Below are positions 24,029 through 25,428 of a DNA stretch of 25,428 bases, one piece after another. A program made the translations under genes and the position numbers. Positions within the stretch are counted from its first letter, which is position 1, and each line of letters opens with the position of its first letter. The stretch spans positions 1-25,428 of the IMG/VR virus record IMGVR_UViG_3300032232_000315. The stretch is one strand, 5' to 3'. This DNA comes from a virus (taxonomy: Duplodnaviria > Caudoviricetes). The notes beneath the pieces are model-generated. The model was not told the DNA's origin. It did not search any database and saw only the letters and a program-made list of their open reading frames with translations.

Positions 24029-25428
24029 CTGATGCCCGGCTCTGGTATCCCTGACCCCGCCGGCCTGGCCTGCGTCACGCCGGCATCGGATACGAGCTTG
24101 GCATCAACAGATAGAGCCAGGCCCTTGCTGCGGGCGTTGGCCAGATCCTGCGCCAGCTCTTCCAGCACCTGGGCAGGTACATATCCCAGCGAGCGTTGCA
24201 CCTCAGACAGGCTGGTCAAGCCGCCGCGGATCGCCGCCACCAGCGCCGGGATTTCCTCGGCGGGGTTGATCATTTCCCTGCGTGGAGGCGTCCAGAGCAT
24301 CCGACTGTTGACCCTGTTGGCCATGCCGGCCTGGATCACGGCAGTGGCAAACCACTGCGAAACAGGATCAAGGAACTGCGGGATGGCGATGTTCCAGCGC
24401 CAGTGCCCCACGTTCCGATGAAACTCCAACCAGCCCATCCGGCCGCTGGAGAAATTGACCTCAGACAGGATTCCGGTCAGCGCTTCAAATGTGATCCCAT
24501 AGCCGGCCGCCACTGAATGCAGGTGGTGGCGCTGCATCTCGATGAAGTTGCCCGCCGTAGGTGGGCTGCTGAACTGCACCGATTTGCCCGGGGGCAGCAC
24601 TTCAATCGCGCCAGGCTCCAGCTTCTCGAACAGGGTTGGAATTGAGGCGTCTGGGCTGGCCGCGTCAGGCAGCACCGATTCAGGGTCGGAATCAGTGACA
24701 AACGCCGTAAAACAGCACGCCAGCTTGTCGAGCATCATGCGGGCCTGGGCGTGGTCTCCGATGTCCCGCAAGGTCAGCAGCGACGATGCCCCCCATGGGA
24801 CGCCGGTTGCCTGCCCTGGCCGGCGCACGTCGTAGACGTGGCAAATTTGCGACGCTTCGACCAGATCAGAGCCAAGCCTTGATTGGCGCCAGTCGCTTTC
24901 GCCAGGGTGATTCTTCCTGATGTAGTAGCCGGTCAGCCGGCCCTCGTCGTCGTACTCCTTGCCAAAGACGATTGACGACCCGTTGTCCTTCGACATATCA
25001 AGCCAGTCCGGCTCCAGCACCTGCAGCGTCAGGGGCGGCAAACCCTGAAGCAGCAGCCGCTCATCAACTCGCCGCCGAATCAGGCAACTACCGCGAACCG
25101 CAATGGTGCGGGCCACCAACGCCTGCAGGCCATAGAAGTTGAGCTTGCCGTAGAAGTCACAAGCTGTTGAGTTAGCCCAATCATTCCACAGCAGGGAATA
25201 TCTTTTGTTTTTATTGACTGGCTCCCCTACAATCCCTTCACCAATCCAGTTATTTACAACCACTTTGATTGCCTTGTCCGCCCAGGCGTCAGAGTCCACC
25301 TGGTCTTGATGCCTTGAGACAATCCGCTGCAGCACTTGCCGCAGATCGGCATTAGGCCCCCTGCTGCGTTCGTGCCACCCGTCGGTTCGGCGAGACTGCT
25401 TGCCTGCTTCGTAGGCGCGCAGGTTGGC
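24010..25428 (-). CDS. Lambda-family portal protein, 5'-truncated by window edge
   Basis: Frame is open to 25428 (ANLRAYEAGKQSRRTDGW...PNADL); LQVLEPDWL, RPGQATGVPW, NFSSGRMGWLEF, INPAEE motifs. Confidence 0.93.
   Translation of the reverse strand, partial: ANLRAYEAGKQSRRTDGWHERSRGPNADLRQVLQRIVSRHQDQVDSDAWADKAIKVVVNNWIGEGIVGEPVNKNKRYSLLWNDWANSTACDFYGKLNFYGLQALVARTIAVRGSCLIRRRVDERLLLQGLPPLTLQVLEPDWLDMSKDNGSSIVFGKEYDDEGRLTGYYIRKNHPGESDWRQSRLGSDLVEASQICHVYDVRRPGQATGVPWGASSLLTLRDIGDHAQARMMLDKLACCFTAFVTDSDPESVLPDAASPDASIPTLFEKLEPGAIEVLPPGKSVQFSSPPTAGNFIEMQRHHLHSVAAGYGITFEALTGILSEVNFSSGRMGWLEFHRNVGHWRWNIAIPQFLDPVSQWFATAVIQAGMANRVNSRMLWTPPRREMINPAEEIPALVAAIRGGLTSLSEVQRSLGYVPAQVLEELAQDLANARSKGLALSVDAKLVSDAGVTQARPAGSGIPEPGISSGSVA

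Larger units (their letters stand above)
1..25428 (-). mobile_element. Siphovirus-like phage/prophage head-tail-lysis module (no boundaries in window)
   Basis: Contiguous co-oriented genes in portal-capsid-adaptor-terminator-tube-chaperone-tape measure-tip-fibre-lysin order; no sheath gene; no host genes or att sites visible, so free phage versus prophage cannot be decided. Confidence 0.95.

Noticed and set aside
25335-25428. Portal start at 25335 as given in the ORF track
   Set aside because: Frame stays open to the window edge and includes the conserved N-terminal RAYEAG...W segment, so the real start is outside the window
1-25428. Gene transfer agent or contractile tailocin
   Set aside because: Lambda-type portal and Mu-gpT-type capsid with mosaic fibres differ from the RcGTA layout; no sheath or baseplate wedge genes

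Overview
The whole window is one minus-strand late (morphogenesis plus lysis) region of a lambda-like siphovirus or prophage. High GC, mostly SD-less leaders and the protein families suggest a picocyanobacterial (Synechococcus/Cyanobium-type) host, but that is inference. Transcription order, right to left: lambda-type portal (5' end outside window); fused prohead protease/major capsid; DUF2190-like cement; head-tail adaptor; an inserted fibre cassette (Mtd_N-collagen protein, glycine-rich protein, chaperone-like protein); two small membrane proteins; tail terminator; an unlisted 57-aa ORF; tail tube; tail chaperone with a -1 frameshift site; tape measure with a lysozyme domain; L-like and J-like tail-tip proteins; M-like protein; two extra tube-like proteins; a 1597-aa fibre/spike; an unlisted 59-aa ORF; a YkuD (L,D-transpeptidase-fold) putative lysin; and an unlisted metallophosphoesterase running off the left edge. 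The most unusual signals are (1) a recurring (T)AGCCTGA / TCAGGCT-N4-AGCCTGA element at gene junctions that are not stop/start-coupled, (2) a YkuD-type enzyme in the endolysin slot, (3) a 47-aa repeat that is almost identical in protein but heavily recoded in DNA, (4) possible extra tail-tube paralogues, and (5) a deviant prohead protease motif. No RNA genes, CRISPR, integrase or reverse transcriptase were seen. All family assignments are by-eye motif recognition, not database searches.
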